Below, in pieces: positions 31,080 through 46,936 of a DNA stretch of 64,000 nt. The first letter of the stretch is position 1, and every line of letters starts with the position of its first letter. The stretch is taken from positions 71,486,001 to 71,550,000 of the forward strand of contig OZ024746.1 in NCBI GenBank assembly GCA_964016885.1, given 5' to 3'. The notes under the pieces were generated by a model. That model made no database searches and was not told the DNA's origin. It saw only the letters and a program-made list of their open reading frames with translations. Both the position numbers and the translations under genes were made by a program. The DNA comes from Eledone cirrhosa (taxonomy: Eukaryota).

Positions 31080-31166
31080 GTTGAGAGTAGTGGTGTTGGT
31101 CCTAGTAGTTGAGAGTAGTGGTGTTGGTCCTAGTAGTTGAGAGTAATGGTGTTGGTCCTAGTAGTT
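31080..31166. repeat. 28-bp tandem repeat, 3 copies
   Basis: gttgagagtagtggtgttggtcctagta. Confidence 0.9.
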
Positions 31167-31487
31167 GCTACGTTGCTCCATGTGCTAATGTTGTTATTGT
31201 TGTTGTTTAGTTGGCTGTTGTAGTGGGGATGGCAGTGGTGATGGTAGTGGTGTAATTTTTATATGTATCTATATATGAATATATTTATCAAGCAATTATT
31301 TCTTAAACACACCCTACAAGGTAGAGCAAAAAGGTTAAAATGAACTTCTATTTCTAGCGACCCACTTTGCTTGCCAACGGCCCATTTATTACTTCCCATC
31401 TAATGAACTATATACCACGTGACGGTTGACCCTTTTGAAGTAGACATCGGTTACGATAGTCACTCAAAATCTCTTCTGGTTTGAGAA

Positions 31488-31577
31488 GATTCTCTGAAGA
31501 ATCCTGTTCTCATCATCCTGTATGTTAAATTTTAGAATAATGGGATTTCTCTTCTGGACGAAACTACAGTAAGAATC
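31488..31577 (+). ncRNA. Type I hammerhead with extended stem II
   Basis: GATTCT-CTGAAGA-atcc...ggac-GAAA-CTACAG-TA|AGAATC; perfect 6-bp stem I. Confidence 0.65.
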
Positions 31578-31640
31578 ACGAAGTATTCTGATGTATTTTT
31601 TGTCTTAAATCCTTTAATTTACCTATAATTAAATAAATAA

Positions 31641-31696
<56 letters not shown>

Positions 31697-31916
31697 ATTT
31701 AAAAGGCGAACAGAAATAACAACTCAATCGGTACAGTATATGGAAGGAATATATTAGGTTAACGGTTAAAATAGCAGGAAGAAGGTCTTAACGTTTCGGA
31801 CGCTTACCCTTCACCAGAAGAAAGAATGAGAAATTAGATAGATTGAAGGGATGGACGGGGTGGAATTGGAAAAAATGTCTTTAGATAAAAATAACAGGTC
31901 CATTCATGTTGCCATC

Positions 31917-31992
<76 letters not shown>

Positions 31993-31993
<1 letters not shown>

Positions 31994-32182
31994 ACGAAGG
32001 AAATGTGGTAAGGAACCAGGTGGACCATAACGCAGCAAAGTACTCAATACTTAGGGTAGTAGAGTGGGTAATAGGAACGAGTAGGACCCCGACGGCTGAG
32101 CTCAAGCCGTTTCGACGGCTAATTCTGGACCAGAATTAGCCGTCGAAACGGCTTGAGCTCAGCCGTCGGGGTCCTACTCGTT

Positions 32183-32186
<4 letters not shown>
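31993..32186 (-). mobile_element. Family A fold-back element
   Basis: Perfect fold-back centred on aattctgg-a-ccagaatt (~32129). Confidence 0.85.
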
Positions 32187-32218
<32 letters not shown>

Positions 32219-32655
32219 CTGTAAAGGGAAATTTTATTCAGTGACGTGGTGACGAACGACATCAGTGAATCTGGCAGTTCTTCTAAAATGGCTTTCTGAT
32301 GTCGCTGAGAAGCTGAATGTTTAACTGTGACGATGAAAGTCTTTTTGGTAAGATTGATATGCAACCTGTAGTGTCGGTAGAATTAACACTAGTGACCCCA
32401 CGTAAGGTATGAGAGTATTCTGTTCAGGATGGTCAATTTGATAATTCGGATGTTGTAGTTTTGTTATGTTCCTCTGCATAAACGTGTATGTATGTTGGGT
32501 AGCCTTTCGCATATTCTCCAAAGCAGCAGACGGAATAGACGTATTTTCGTATGGAAACCGCTGGTAATGCGGAGATAAGTGAAATTGTTAATGTAAATAC
32601 TCTCAATTTCCATGTTATGTGTTGATTGCTCTTTCCTTTCATTGGAACTCACAAT

Positions 32656-32700
<45 letters not shown>

Positions 32701-32731
32701 GCGCATACACAGACACAGATACAGACACACG

Positions 32732-32775
<44 letters not shown>

Positions 32776-32776
32776 G

Positions 32777-32815
<39 letters not shown>

Positions 32816-32863
32816 AATACATCACTAGATAGATAAACACGCACACACACATATGTATATATG

Positions 32864-32995
<132 letters not shown>

Positions 32996-33031
32996 TATAT
33001 ATTTATATATATATATATATATATATATACA

Positions 33032-33148
<117 letters not shown>

Positions 33149-33639
33149 CAAAAAATATATATATATATTCCAATCCAACACATACTCAAATTTATATATA
33201 TATATATACATATACATACATATATAGATATAGATATATATAGAGAGAGAAGGGGGGGGGGGGTTAGAAAGAAAGAAGGAAACAAAATGAAAGAAAAAGG
33301 GGCATGTGATGATATCAAAAGTCTAAATTGTATGATATATATAGAAGGGGCGTTGAGAGAAAGATAACAGGTTCAGGCACAACGATGTGAATGTCTATTA
33401 TTTTCATTTATCTTATTGATATTAGTGCTAGATATTCTGACAAATATTATGGTAACAGCTACGTCTTTGATATATACCGCTATTCTGCTACCTTCTAATG
33501 CAAACAACGTTTATCGTCCATGTTTGTGTGGGATATGTACATATATATGTATATGCATATGTATGTACGTATATGTTTGTATGTATTTATGTATGTATGC
33601 ATGTATATATATATATGTATGTGTGTATATATATATGTA

Positions 33640-33713
<74 letters not shown>

Positions 33714-33724
33714 ATATATGTATG

Positions 33725-33760
<36 letters not shown>

Positions 33761-35129
33761 TATGTGTGTATGTATATATATATATATATGTAATATATGT
33801 ATAAATATATATATATATATATATGTATGTATATATATGTACTTATAACTAACTGTTCATGTAACTATTTCTGTACCTCTCTTATATATATATATGTACG
33901 CGTGTGTGCGAGTGTGTGTATGTGTGTGAGTGTGCGCGCGCGTGTCTGTGTGTGTCTGTGTATGTACGTGTGTGTGTATGTACGTGTGTGTACGCACATG
34001 TACATACATGTAAATATAGGCTTCTACACCATTCAGAATTCCTCCCCAGTATAAAAGAAATGACAAAAAAAAAAAGGATTGATGATGATGGATGTATTAC
34101 TCATAGAACTGCACAATGCTACAACAAACACAATGATAACATACACTAATGACATGCAAAAATAAACAGTCGCCTGATGAGGTATAAATCTAATATTCTA
34201 TATTCATGTAGAAACTATCCAGAAACTCTATGGCATAAGATGTTTCGAGGTAAAAACTACCAGTCTGAGAGAGAGAGAGAGGTCATTTAATAACTGCTCC
34301 TTAAAAAAACTACCATGGTTGGAGTTGCAATATATTTTCAAGAAGCCCCAACAACTATAAATAAGATCTTACGATTTATGGAGGCTTCAGAACGATCTGG
34401 GAACTGAGATATTACCAGTTTCGAAGAGGATATTTATAATAGCCTTAAAATCTTTCAAGCTTAGAGGTACAATAAACCAAGAGAAAAGTCTTCCAATTCA
34501 TGAAAAATCTATGAAAAGATAGGCATTTAAGCTGTTTATACCAAAACAGAACACACTATTAAAGGCAACAAAAAGAAGGGATGAAAAAGGAAATGAAAAG
34601 AAGAAAAAGAAAAAATATCAAACAACTAAAGAAAGGGAGAAGAGGAGGGACAGACCCTACACTCCAGTCTGAGAGGTGCCTCAGCCGCCGGGCCCCTTAG
34701 ACAAAATAGCAAAGGCGGAGAATGTCCAGAGACACCCGCTGCAACAGCCACCTAACCTCATGGGGCTCCTTCCTCATCTGGGCCGCCGTATATCCGATAT
34801 TGCGAAGGAAATCAGCAATGTGGAGATCAAAGACACCAGAAGTCTCGACAGAGACCGGTACAAAGAGGAAGCGGTCGGTCAGGCCCGGTGTTTAACTAAA
34901 AGATTCAACAACAGAAATGTTGAATTGCTATATAACTGTCCTTGTCTTTCGACGGCCAATTGTCAGAGCACTCACGGCGTCAGATTAGAAGTGCCTCAGT
35001 ATGTTTCTAATCCTGTGTTTTGAGTTCAAATCACGTCGAAGTCAGCTTTGCCTTTCATTCTTTTGAAGCCAAGAAATAAAGTACAAATCCAGTAATGGGG
35101 TTGGTTCTCTTTATCACTTTCTCTTAATC

Positions 35130-35900
35130 TGTTTGGTGGGTAAATAGTGGTAAATAGTGGGTAAATAATGGAACAAAGTAATTAACTGTGGTTAAAATAT
35201 TGGCTAAATTAGTGTATTGTAGGTAAAATACTGTGTAGTGTGGGTAAAATTGGGGAGGAGTAAATATGTAGAGAAAACAACGGATAATGTTTGGGTAATT
35301 TATAGGCAAAATAATGAACTATGGGTAAATAGGTGTGTAAATTGATGGGTAAAATGGCTGGTAAAATTAATGAATTTTAGGTAATGATGACTGCATTTGT
35401 AGGTGAAGTTTGTATTGAGGGTAAATTAATGAGCAATTCTGTGAGTATATTGATAAGTAAAGTGGTGGGTAGATGCATGGTCAAAACAATGACAAGTGGG
35501 TAAAAAGGTGGGTAATTTGTGGATAAAGCAATGAAGTGTGGGTAAAGTAGTGTAGGAAAATGTAGAGCAAATTGGTGGGTAAATATGTGGGTAGTCGTAT
35601 GTAAATTTGTGGGTAAAGTAGCGTATTGTGTGTAAATGTATGAGTAAATGAGCATATTGCATGTAAATTGGGGGTAAATTTCCGTAGGTAAATTTCTGAG
35701 AAGAGTAGTGCGAGTAAAATAATAGAATGTGGATAAATTGGTGGGCAAAGTAGTGTATTGTGTCTAAAGTATTCTATTAAGGGGTGAATTTCTGGGTTCA
35801 CGGGTGGGTAACGTGGTGGGCAAAGTAGTGTATTGTGTCTAAAGTATTCTATTAAGGGGTGAATTTCTGGGTTCACGGGTGGGTAAAGTGGATAAAGTAT
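35130..35900. repeat. Degenerate GGGTAAA-rich repeat with a ~63-bp duplication
   Basis: Frequent gggtaaa motifs; ggtgggcaaagtagtgtattgtgtctaaagtattc occurs twice. Confidence 0.6.
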
Positions 35901-36119
35901 CTGAATAAACAGCAATGGCAGAACGGTGATCGCCAACACCGCCATCACCGCTATTACCATAACCATCAACATAACCACCACCACTATCGTCGTCATCATC
36001 ACAAGGGCCAACGTCACCATCACCATCATCAACAAAATCACTAGCACCACAATTACCATACAAATCACCACCACCACCATAACCACCAAAACTACTATGG
36101 ATTAGCCCCGACAAATATA

Positions 36120-37730
36120 AGCACCACCACCACCACACCACCACCACCACCACCGCCACCACCACCGCCACCATCACCACCACCAACACCATCCCCATTT
36201 CCACCCCAACACTACCGCCACCGTCACCACTTCCACCCCATCACCACCACCACCACACACCACCACCACCACCACACCACCACCGCCACCACCACCACCA
36301 CCACCACACCACCACCGCCACCACCACCACCACCACACCACCACCGCTACCACCACCACCACCACACACACACCACCACCACCACCACCACCACACACCA
36401 CCACACACACACCACCACCACCACCACACAACACCACACACACACCACCACCACCACCACCACCACACACACCACCGCCACCACCACACACCACCGCCAC
36501 CACCACACGCCACCACCACCACCACCCACCACCACCACCACCACACACCACCACCACCACCACCACCACCGCCACCATCACCACCACCACCACCATCCCC
36601 ATTTCCACCCCAACACTACCGCCACCGTCACCACTTCCACCCCATCACCACCACCACCACACATGCCACCACTACACCACCACCACCACGCACCACCACC
36701 ACACCACCACCGCCACCACCACCATCACCACCACCACCATCACACACCACCACCACCACCACCACACACCACACACACCGCCACCACCACACCACCACCA
36801 CCAGCACCACCACCACACACCACCACCACCACCACACCACCACCACCACTACCACCACACACCACCACACCACCACCGCCACCACCACCACCACACCACC
36901 ACCGCCACCACCACCACCACCACCACCACCACCACCACCACCACCACACACCACACACACCGCCACCACCACCACACACCACCACCACCACCACACCACC
37001 ACCGCCACCACCACCACCACACCACCACCGCCACCACCAACACCACCACACCACCACCGCCACCACCACCACCACCACACACACATAACCACCACCACAC
37101 ACACATAACCACCACCACACACACATAACCACCACCACCACCACCACCACACCACCACCACACCACCACACACCACCACCACCACCACACCACCACACCA
37201 CCACCACCACCACCACACCACCACCACACCACCACACACCACCACCACACACCACCACCACCACACCACCACCACACACACACCACCACCACCACACCAC
37301 CACCACACCACCACCACACCACCACACACCACACACCACCACCACACACACCACCACCACCACACCACCACCACACACCACCACCACCACACATAACCAC
37401 CATCACCACACACCACCACACCACCACCACACACACACACCACCACCACCACCACCACCACACACCACCACGACCACCATCACACACCACCACCACCACC
37501 ACCACACCACCACACACCACCACCACCACACCACCACCACACACCACCACACACCACCACCACACCACCACACCACCACACACCACCACACACCACCACC
37601 ACCACCACACCACCACACACCACCACACCACACCACCACACACACACCACCACCACACACCACCACCACCACCACCACCACCACACACCACCACCACCAC
37701 CACACCACCACACACCACCACCACCACCTT
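36120..37730. repeat. (CCA)/(CCACA) complex repeat
   Basis: Seen directly. Confidence 0.9.
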
Positions 37731-37974
37731 GGCCATCATCAATAGTAAAGGTTCAACCAAATATTCTATCTCATCAGAATGTGATGGGAGTAAGGAATTC
37801 AGCAGGGCTGGCTATGTTGCCTATGTTGACAGTGGCCCTATTTAAAACTGCTTATAGAGGGAATTTATTGTGGGCCCTTCTCTTCAATATTTACCTTAGG
37901 GACCCCCTTAACATTGCTGTGTCCTTAACACTGTTTACCCACAGGTGTTGAACGCTGTCCATACTCGCTCCCTA

Positions 37975-38415
37975 TAGTGTGTGTAGGTGTGTGTAGGTGT
38001 GTGTAAGTGTGCGTGTGTGTGTGAGTGTGTAGGTGTGCGTGTAGGTGTGTGTGTAGGTGTGTGTGTGGAGATGTGTAGATGTCTGTGTGTATAGATGTGT
38101 AGGTAGGTGTGTGTGTGTGTGTGTGTGTGTCCTTGTGTGTGTAACCTTGTGTGTGTGTGTGTCCTTGTGTGTGTGTGTGTGTCCTTGTGTGTGTGTGTGT
38201 AGATATGTGTGTGTAGGTATGTGTGTGTGTCCTTGAGTGTGTGTCCTTGTGTGTGTGTGTGTAGGTATGTGTAGGTATGTGTGTGTGTGTCCTTGAGTGT
38301 GTGTGTAGGTATGTGTGTGTGTGTCCTTGAGTGTGTGTGTAGGTATGTGTGTCCGTCCTTGAGTGTGTGTGTGTAGGTATGTGTGTGTGTCCTTGAGTGT
38401 GTGTATGTGCGAGTG
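37975..38415. repeat. GT-rich minisatellite (gtgtgtccttgagtgtgtgtaggtat)
   Basis: Seen directly. Confidence 0.85.
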
Positions 38416-38499
38416 TGGTGGGTGGTGGTGGAGAAGGTGAAAGGGTTAAGGTGTTACTTTACTTGTTTGTTTTTGTTTCTTTACATAGAAAGAAAATGA

Positions 38500-39500
38500 C
38501 GATGGTGGTTACGGTGATGGTATGGTGGTGGCGGTGTTAGTGGTGGTGGTGGTAATGGTGTTAGTGGTAGTAGTGGTAGTGGTAGTGGTGGTAGTGGTGT
38601 TAGTGGTAGTGGTGGTAGTGGTGTTGGTGGTAGCGGTGGAGGTGGTAGTGGTGTTAGTGGTAGTGGTGGCGGTGGTAGTGGTGTTAGTGGTAGCGGTGTT
38701 AGTGGTGGTGGTGGTAATGGTGTTAGTGGTGTTAGTGGTAGCGGTGTTAGTGGTGGTGGTGGTAATGGTGTTAGTGGTAGTAGTGGTAGTGGTGTTAGTG
38801 GTAGCGGTGTTAGTGGTGGTGGTGGTAATGGTGTTAGTGGTAGTAGTGGTAGTGGTGCTAGTGGTAGTGGTGTTAGTGGTAGTGGTGGTAGTGGTGTTGG
38901 TGGTAGCGGTGGAGGTGGTAGTGGTGTTAGTGGTAGTGGTGGCGGTGGTAGTGGTGTTAGTGGTAGCGGTGTTAGTGGTAGTGGTGGTAGTGGTGTTAGT
39001 GGTAGTGGTGTTAGTGGTTGTGGTGGCGGTGATAGTGGTGTTAGTGGTAGTGGTGTTAGTGGTAGTGGTGGTAGTGGTGTTAGTGGTAGCGCTGTTAGTG
39101 GTGGTGGTGGTAGTGGTATTGGTGTTAGTGGTGGTGGTAGTTGTGTTAGTGGTGTTAGTGGTGTTAGTGGTAATGGTGGTAGTGGTGTTAGTGGTAGCAG
39201 TGTTAGTGGTGGTGGTGGTAGTGGTGGTAGTACTGGTGGTAGTGGTAGTGGTGTAGGTGGTAGCGGTGTTAGTGGTGGTGGTAGTGGTGTTGGTGTTAGT
39301 GGTGTTGGTGTTAGTGGTGTTAGTGGTAGTGGTGTTAGTGGTAGTGGTGTTAGTGGTAGTCGTGTTAGTGGTGTTGGAGGTAATTGTGTTAGTGGTAGTA
39401 GTGTTAGTGGTAGTGGTGTTAGTGGTAGTCGTGTTAGTGGTAGTGGAGCTAATTGTGTTAGTGGTAGTGGTGTTGGTGTTCGAGGTGTTGGTAGTAATGG
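38500..39500. repeat. (GGTAGT/GTGTTA)-based complex repeat
   Basis: Seen directly; source of the poly-Pro/Leu/Thr ORF. Confidence 0.9.
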
Positions 39501-39911
39501 CGGTACTTTCTTCTTGAAGTAAAGAAAGAGGGGTGAGGTGGGGCAGATGTAAACAAAACGACGTACCATAGGAACCTATTGATCGTCTTTCAACAAGGGA
39601 GCCCCTATGTTTTTAGTTTTGGGGCTAGGGATCTCTTTCTGTATGTTGTTACCGTTGTTGTTGCTGTTGAAATGAAATTTAAATTTGGAGCTTACACCTA
39701 ACAGGTTGCATTTCAATGGAGGTTACTCACGTGTTTTAAGGTTAGGGGTCGCCAGCCCTTTCTTTGAAAGCAACGTGAAATATTGTGTGCACTAGAACAT
39801 AACACACCCCCCAATTCAGAAATTGAACCCGTGACATTACCAATGTTATTCCTACACCCTAACCACTAGGCCACGAGTCTTCACTTGAAACAACAACAAC
39901 AACAACAACAA

Positions 39912-39956
<45 letters not shown>

Positions 39957-40013
39957 CAGCAGCAGCAGTAGTAGTAGTAGTAGTTATTGCTTGGACAATG
40001 CGAAATGTATGTA

Positions 40014-40070
<57 letters not shown>

Positions 40071-40072
40071 GC

Positions 40073-40141
<69 letters not shown>

Positions 40142-40232
40142 TGTATATATATATATATATATATACAAGCAGATATATATATATATATAATATATATATA
40201 TATATGCGTGTATATATATATATATATAAATG

Positions 40233-40306
<74 letters not shown>

Positions 40307-40315
40307 CATATATGC

Positions 40316-40379
<64 letters not shown>

Positions 40380-40425
40380 GCATATATATAAATATATATA
40401 TATATATATACACGCATATATATAC

Positions 40426-40460
<35 letters not shown>

Positions 40461-40467
40461 TATCTGC

Positions 40468-40513
<46 letters not shown>

Positions 40514-40526
40514 CTATATATATATC

Positions 40527-40560
<34 letters not shown>

Positions 40561-41091
40561 CATATATACATATATCCATACATATATGTATGTGGCGGTG
40601 CTAGCGCGTCTGATAGTGGGTGAGATGGGGGGAGGGGAAGGAGGTGTAAAGGTGTGAAACGTATTAACACGTTCGTGACAACGCATTGATCACATTGTAG
40701 GTCACGTGCGTTAAAAGAATGTTCCGGAAGTCTCACAGTTTTAATCCTCGTGAAAACATCCGGTTTACAATGCTATGCTAAATGGTAGTCATCCATATTG
40801 ATTTGTTAGGTATGTTACACACCAACATACACCTGTATACATACACATATACATATATACATACATTTACATACATATACACAAATTGTACTCTTACAAT
40901 GCACACACATATACTGTATATACACAGAGATAGACGAACATATTTCCATCCATACACATAGGTTTGTTAAACGTTTACACATACACACATATGCACACAC
41001 AAACACATTCATATATATATATATATATATATGTATACATACACACACATACATACATACCCACACGCATATATATATATATATATATATT

Positions 41092-41178
<87 letters not shown>

Positions 41179-41183
41179 ATATA

Positions 41184-41268
<85 letters not shown>

Positions 41269-41273
41269 ATATA

Positions 41274-41396
<123 letters not shown>

Positions 41397-41405
41397 ATAT
41401 ATATG

Positions 41406-41443
<38 letters not shown>

Positions 41444-41444
<1 letters not shown>

Positions 41445-41918
41445 GGTGGCTGCCAACTCGTTTTCGAGTACGGCCACTACTTTATATCCATGTAGAACTC
41501 CTACCGATGCGCTGAACGAATGTGACTTTTTAGTCCAGCCAGCGACTTGAAAACTCTGGTACAAAGACTACACTTGTGACAATTATTGACACATAGTGCT
41601 GGGCCCATGGTACCATGTGATGACAAGTGCAGAGAGATCTCCAGATATAAAGCAATGCCTGTGCTGTGAAGCTTTTATAGTGAGCAAAGGCACTGCACAA
41701 AGCCAGTCCCACTCTCTTAACCAAGATGATATTTACCAAAAAGAAGAACAAGTCAACATCATTGGATACCATCAGGGTTGCAGGTGTTATATCAGAGTTT
41801 TCCTTCTCCTAGAATTCTGCCTTGACAAAGGCTAAGGGGTCATCTCTCCCGGTGATTTTGGATGGCTATTGAGTCTTAAGAGCTCCCTTGCCCTTTGACA
41901 GGTTTTGTTTTTAGTCCT
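41444..41918 (-). mobile_element. Non-autonomous RTE-related element, longest copy
   Basis: Combines a 12600-type head (ctaggagaaggaaaactctg) with the 12290-12512 body. Confidence 0.65.
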
Positions 41919-41977
41919 ATATGTATATATATATGTATGTATATATCTATATCTATGTATATATATATATGTATGTG

Positions 41978-42026
<49 letters not shown>

Positions 42027-42031
42027 GTATG

Positions 42032-42102
<71 letters not shown>

Positions 42103-42487
42103 TAACAAACCTGTAGTATACTAGCACATCAATATGTATTTATCGTATTATACATAGATATATAATATATACATACACACACATGTATTAACATAGCCGT
42201 ACAAAGATACACAGGTGTATGGAATCATACGCATAGTCACATACATATAGTTATACTAATGCACTCACATACACATACATAAATATACTAATATACTCAC
42301 GGACACACACACACACACACACACTAGAAGAGGAAGACCAAGGTTAACGTATGTTGATGCCCTAAGGACAGACACTGGTCTGTTGGAGACGCAGGACATG
42401 GCAGCGATAATGAGAGACAGAGACCGCTGGAGAGAACTCGTCCATGGATCTCGGGAATTTTACCCGCCTTAGATATATATATATACT

Positions 42488-42540
42488 GGGATTCCTGATG
42501 ATTTCTAAAGAATGAAACAGTTCTGGTCATGTAGAATCTC
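42488..42540 (+). ncRNA. Type I hammerhead related to the 310-bp array HHR
   Basis: GGGATTC-CTGATGA-T TTCT aa AGAA T-GAAA-CA..TG-TA|GAATCTC. Confidence 0.75.
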
Positions 42541-42628
42541 ATCTATATTAAAACTTTTATACTCTGCAATGTATTGAGTACCTTACTTACTGTGGTTACC
42601 TCCGATTCAACCCGGAATAACGTATATA

Positions 42629-42682
<54 letters not shown>

Positions 42683-42703
42683 CAAATATATATATATATA
42701 TAT

Positions 42704-42853
<150 letters not shown>

Positions 42854-43355
42854 TTAACGCAAGTAAATGGATGTCTGTCAGTTTCTACGATGAATATTCC
42901 AGTCGTTCGATCAGCTGAACTATATAATCATTTAATTATAATGTATGGGACTGGCTATTCAATATATATATGTATTATTAATGTGGATTAGCAGTATCGG
43001 TAGAGGGTCAGACATCATGCTTTGCATACATAGAGTTACGGCCCTTCGCGTTCTTAGTTCAAATCTCGCCGAGGTTATTACGGGTTCGATAAAATAAAGC
43101 ACCAGTAATGCACTGGGGGTAATTGCTGGCCTTGTGCCAACAGTTGGAACAATTATTAACGTAATCCTCGATAGGATTCGGCATGACATAATCTGTGTCA
43201 AAGATTACCCTTTGGATTACGTTTTCTACTCTCAATCGCTTAACATCAATACAATCGAGATAAGCTCCGACCCGATGAGTTTTGGGCCTTGGGACACATT
43301 TTAACATAACGATAATAGCTATTAATCTCTCCGTGGACAGAATATTACTTTTGTT

Positions 43356-43394
43356 TCTCTGATGGCGGTCTAAGAAGACCAGAAACTAGTCGGA
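43356..43394 (+). ncRNA. Degenerate hammerhead (CTGATGG core)
   Basis: tct-CTGATGG-c GGTCT aaga AGACC a-GAAA-CTAG-TC|gga. Confidence 0.45.
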
Positions 43395-43556
43395 TTGAAG
43401 ATTTTCTCCTGTTTAAAGAGAAATAAATACAAATATGTGGCTGACATATTTTTCACACTAAGGTTAAAATTGTATTTTTATTAAAATATAAGGTGCATCT
43501 TACATTATAAATTGCTGCAAAATAACTGTGCGGTACATTGAATTTATTACCTATCC

Positions 43557-43618
<62 letters not shown>

Positions 43619-44494
43619 CTCTCTTTCTCTCTCACTCTCTCTCTCTCTCCATGTCCCCCCTCTCTCTCCCTGTCAGTAAATCTGTCTGTCTGTCTCTCTC
43701 TCTCGGTCTGAATGTCAGTCTTTCTTTCTCTATCTCCCCCCCCCCTCTCTCTCCCTCAAACACACACAAACACACATAGTATTTGGACCACATATATCTG
43801 AATATGTATGTGTTAGGGTGCTGGATTCATAAGATTCGTGGATTTGATTTCTGGACCGAGGAGCAGTCTGTTGCGTTCTTGAACAAGATGCTTCATTTCC
43901 CATTGCTTTCCATGTGAGGTCTGGCAGCCCTATCTTTAAGGCGCTCAAAAAACCTGCAATGAGATACAACTTCGTAGGCGATCAGCTAAATCTACATAGG
44001 TGTGAGCTGTGAATTACAAAAAAAAAAAAATAATAATAATAAAATAGTAATAATTGTTTCTACTTTAGGCACAAGGCCAGCAATTACCCAGTGCATAACT
44101 GGTACTTTATTTTATCGACCCCGTAAGGATGAAAGGCAAAGTCAACCTCGGTGGGATTTGAACTCAGATCATAAAGGGACGCAACTATGCTGGAAATAAA
44201 ATAGTAATAATGTAATAATAAATTTACTATAAATATGTGCGTCCTGTACCTAGTGGTTCCACACAAAAAAGATCGATTAAATAAGTACGTAGTCAAAGGA
44301 TTGAAGCTAGTAAGAAAAAAATATATATATGTTTGTGTGTGTATATCCATCTTTATACACTATATAGAAGCATTGAAGCTATAACAAACGAATATACGAG
44401 TATAATGGAGCAGAAAATAAACAACCGACCGTGGCTTCGTGGAACAATTGAGAACAGCAGGTTGGTGTAATGGTTCCTGTGGGACTATCGCGTT

Positions 44495-44525
<31 letters not shown>

Positions 44526-44554
44526 CAAGTCCAGCATTCGCAAGTGTGGGAGGG

Positions 44555-44598
44555 ATCGTCCTGATGAGGACCAGTTAAGTCCGAAATGCATCGGCGAT
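44555..44598 (+). ncRNA. Canonical minimal type I hammerhead
   Basis: ATCGTC-CTGATGA-GGAC cagttaa GTCC-GAAA-TGCA-TC|GGCGAT; stem I can extend (ggag.../...ctcc). Confidence 0.85.
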
Positions 44599-44766
44599 TG
44601 TCTCCCTTGCTTCTGCCTGAACACCACCAAAGGGCGGTAGCCCCGGCGTTTTTTGCATAGCTACGGCTTTCTAAATGTTTACCTGTAAACATACCGTGTT
44701 TCTTTAGAAATACGAAATTTCTATACATATCTCTATACAGCTATGCCTGAAGCTAAATTAGAATTC

Positions 44767-44814
<48 letters not shown>

Positions 44815-44868
44815 TGCCATGACTAAATTATAACCATCAACATAGTCAAGGTATGTCAGGCATCAACT

Positions 44869-44934
44869 TATTTTATCTGATGAGGACGTACAGTTGAAAT
44901 AGCTCAGTATCTCTGAAATATGTATAATAAAATA
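44869..44934 (+). ncRNA. Type I hammerhead (family B-related)
   Basis: TATTTTAT-CTGATGA-gga...tct-GAAA-TATGTA-TA|ATAAAATA. Confidence 0.7.
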
Positions 44935-44976
44935 TATTTGATCACATGAATGTCTATATTTATTATATTTTTGAAG

Positions 44977-45010
<34 letters not shown>

Positions 45011-45229
45011 CGAAAAGTTTATATAGTTCGTTGATTATTCAACGAATTTATTTTTACAACAGATTATAAGCACACGACAAGGATTTATCTGGAGTATCCT
45101 TAATATTCAAAATATTAATAAATGAGAAATACTTTCACATAACCAAAGTATATATTTTATTATATATATTTCAAGGGTACAGTGGTTTTGAAAAAAAAAA
45201 GAAAATGACTTCACTGGTGGCTGGTATAC

Positions 45230-45379
<150 letters not shown>

Positions 45380-45700
45380 AAATATGATAATAATGGAGCT
45401 GCGGCGTTGCAAATGGGTTACATATGAAAAAGTTTGTCCTTCATCAGTAGTCTTCCAACCGTCATAGGCATTTCATCGCTTTAAAGACCATATACCTCAG
45501 GTTGGTGCGAGCAACGGCTAAAAAAAAGTCGTTGGGACACGTAAATAAAGGGGACGCTAGGGTAAACAAACAAAATGGTTTAAGCAACAGAAATATATAT
45601 ATATATATACATAATACCAAATTCCTTTTACTATCCAGGAAAAACTTGAACCGTTAAGATCTTGTTCCTGGATATGTCAATATTTATAAAACAGACTTTG

Positions 45701-45761
45701 TATTTTATCTGATGAGAGCGTACCAAAGTTTTGGTACCCTTGAAATATATATAATAGAATA
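45701..45761 (+). ncRNA. Type I hammerhead in a second family B copy (45680-45876)
   Basis: TATTTTAT-CTGATGA-gagc GTACCAA..TTGGTAC cctt-GAAA-TATATA-TA|ATAGAATA. Confidence 0.75.
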
Positions 45762-45872
45762 AATATGATTTTATAAATATAGTTTCCATTTATTAATATC
45801 ATTGTCGAGTGCTTCGAATCAGTTATAAATATATATATTTGTTGAATTACCAACAAATTAAATATCCCTTTG

Positions 45873-45908
<36 letters not shown>

Positions 45909-45912
<4 letters not shown>

Positions 45913-46067
45913 AACCAGTAAAACCCCGACAGCTGAGCTCAAGCCGTTTCGACGGCTTGAGCTCAGCTGTCGGGGTCTTACTGGTTCCTATTACCCACTC
46001 TACTACCTCAAGTATTGAGTACTTTGGTGCGTTATGGTCCACCTGGTTCCTTACCACACTTCCTTCG

Positions 46068-46068
<1 letters not shown>
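45909..46068 (+). mobile_element. Family A fold-back element
   Basis: Fold-back centred at aagccgt-ttcg-acggctt; fixed ccttcgtt end next to TA. Confidence 0.85.
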
Positions 46069-46125
<57 letters not shown>

Positions 46126-46936
46126 TTAACACACAGACACAGGCATATACGAGATTTGTCGAAATATTATCCGGCCTTAGGCAGGGAAAAGAAATGCGTA
46201 CTTGATGGGGTTCAAATGCTAATCTTCTTCGAAGTAGGCCCCTGATAGCCCCCACACATATAGCCCAGCGATCCTTCCACTTTTCAAAGACTATTTGGAC
46301 TACTTCTTCCGGAATTGCTCCACCATCGCAGTCGGCATGAAGGATCCAAGTCTGGAGAGTAGAGCTTTTCAAAAAAGCATAATGCCTTTCTTTGCCCCCA
46401 GCCCAAAGAAAACAACAACCTTGGATCCACTACAACAAATGAACTGCAGCTGCCAGTTTAGCCAGGCTTTTTGCGTCGTACTGTATCACTAAGATATTGG
46501 AGAACCTCCTGGTAGTATTCCTATGTGAGAGATTCTCCTTCTGGTGCGTATTCCAGCATTCCATAAAATTTGCTCCGACCTTGTGTATTTTTAAGTCCTG
46601 GCGGCGTTTCATTTTTCCATTTTGATGACTGAGCTATGAATTTTGGGGGCATACCCGTAACCTGTCTCATCATTAGTTATCACGGCATTCGGGAACTCAG
46701 GTTACTTGTTTGTAGTATCAAACGAAATGAAAATGTGCTGAGTAAGAAGTATAACATCTCATGTACTGGCTGCTTGACAGTGACTGACGTATTCAGCGCT
46801 CTCATAAAAAACCAAGCATGCGTATGAATGTACACGGCACCATTTTGTAAAGTTTCATCGAACGCCATTACGTCCCCACATACATTTTTTTGACAGACCT
46901 CCGTGTAACACATAGTTGCATAGACACATACATAAA

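Noticed and set aside
32400-32650. Possible Penelope linker/endonuclease remnant on the minus strand ([13 protein letters not shown])
   Set aside because: Motifs too short and inconsistently ordered to call without a search
34169-34235. Possible hammerhead (ctgatgagg...ccagaaactcta)
   Set aside because: Stem I and stem III do not pair convincingly; at best a decayed motif
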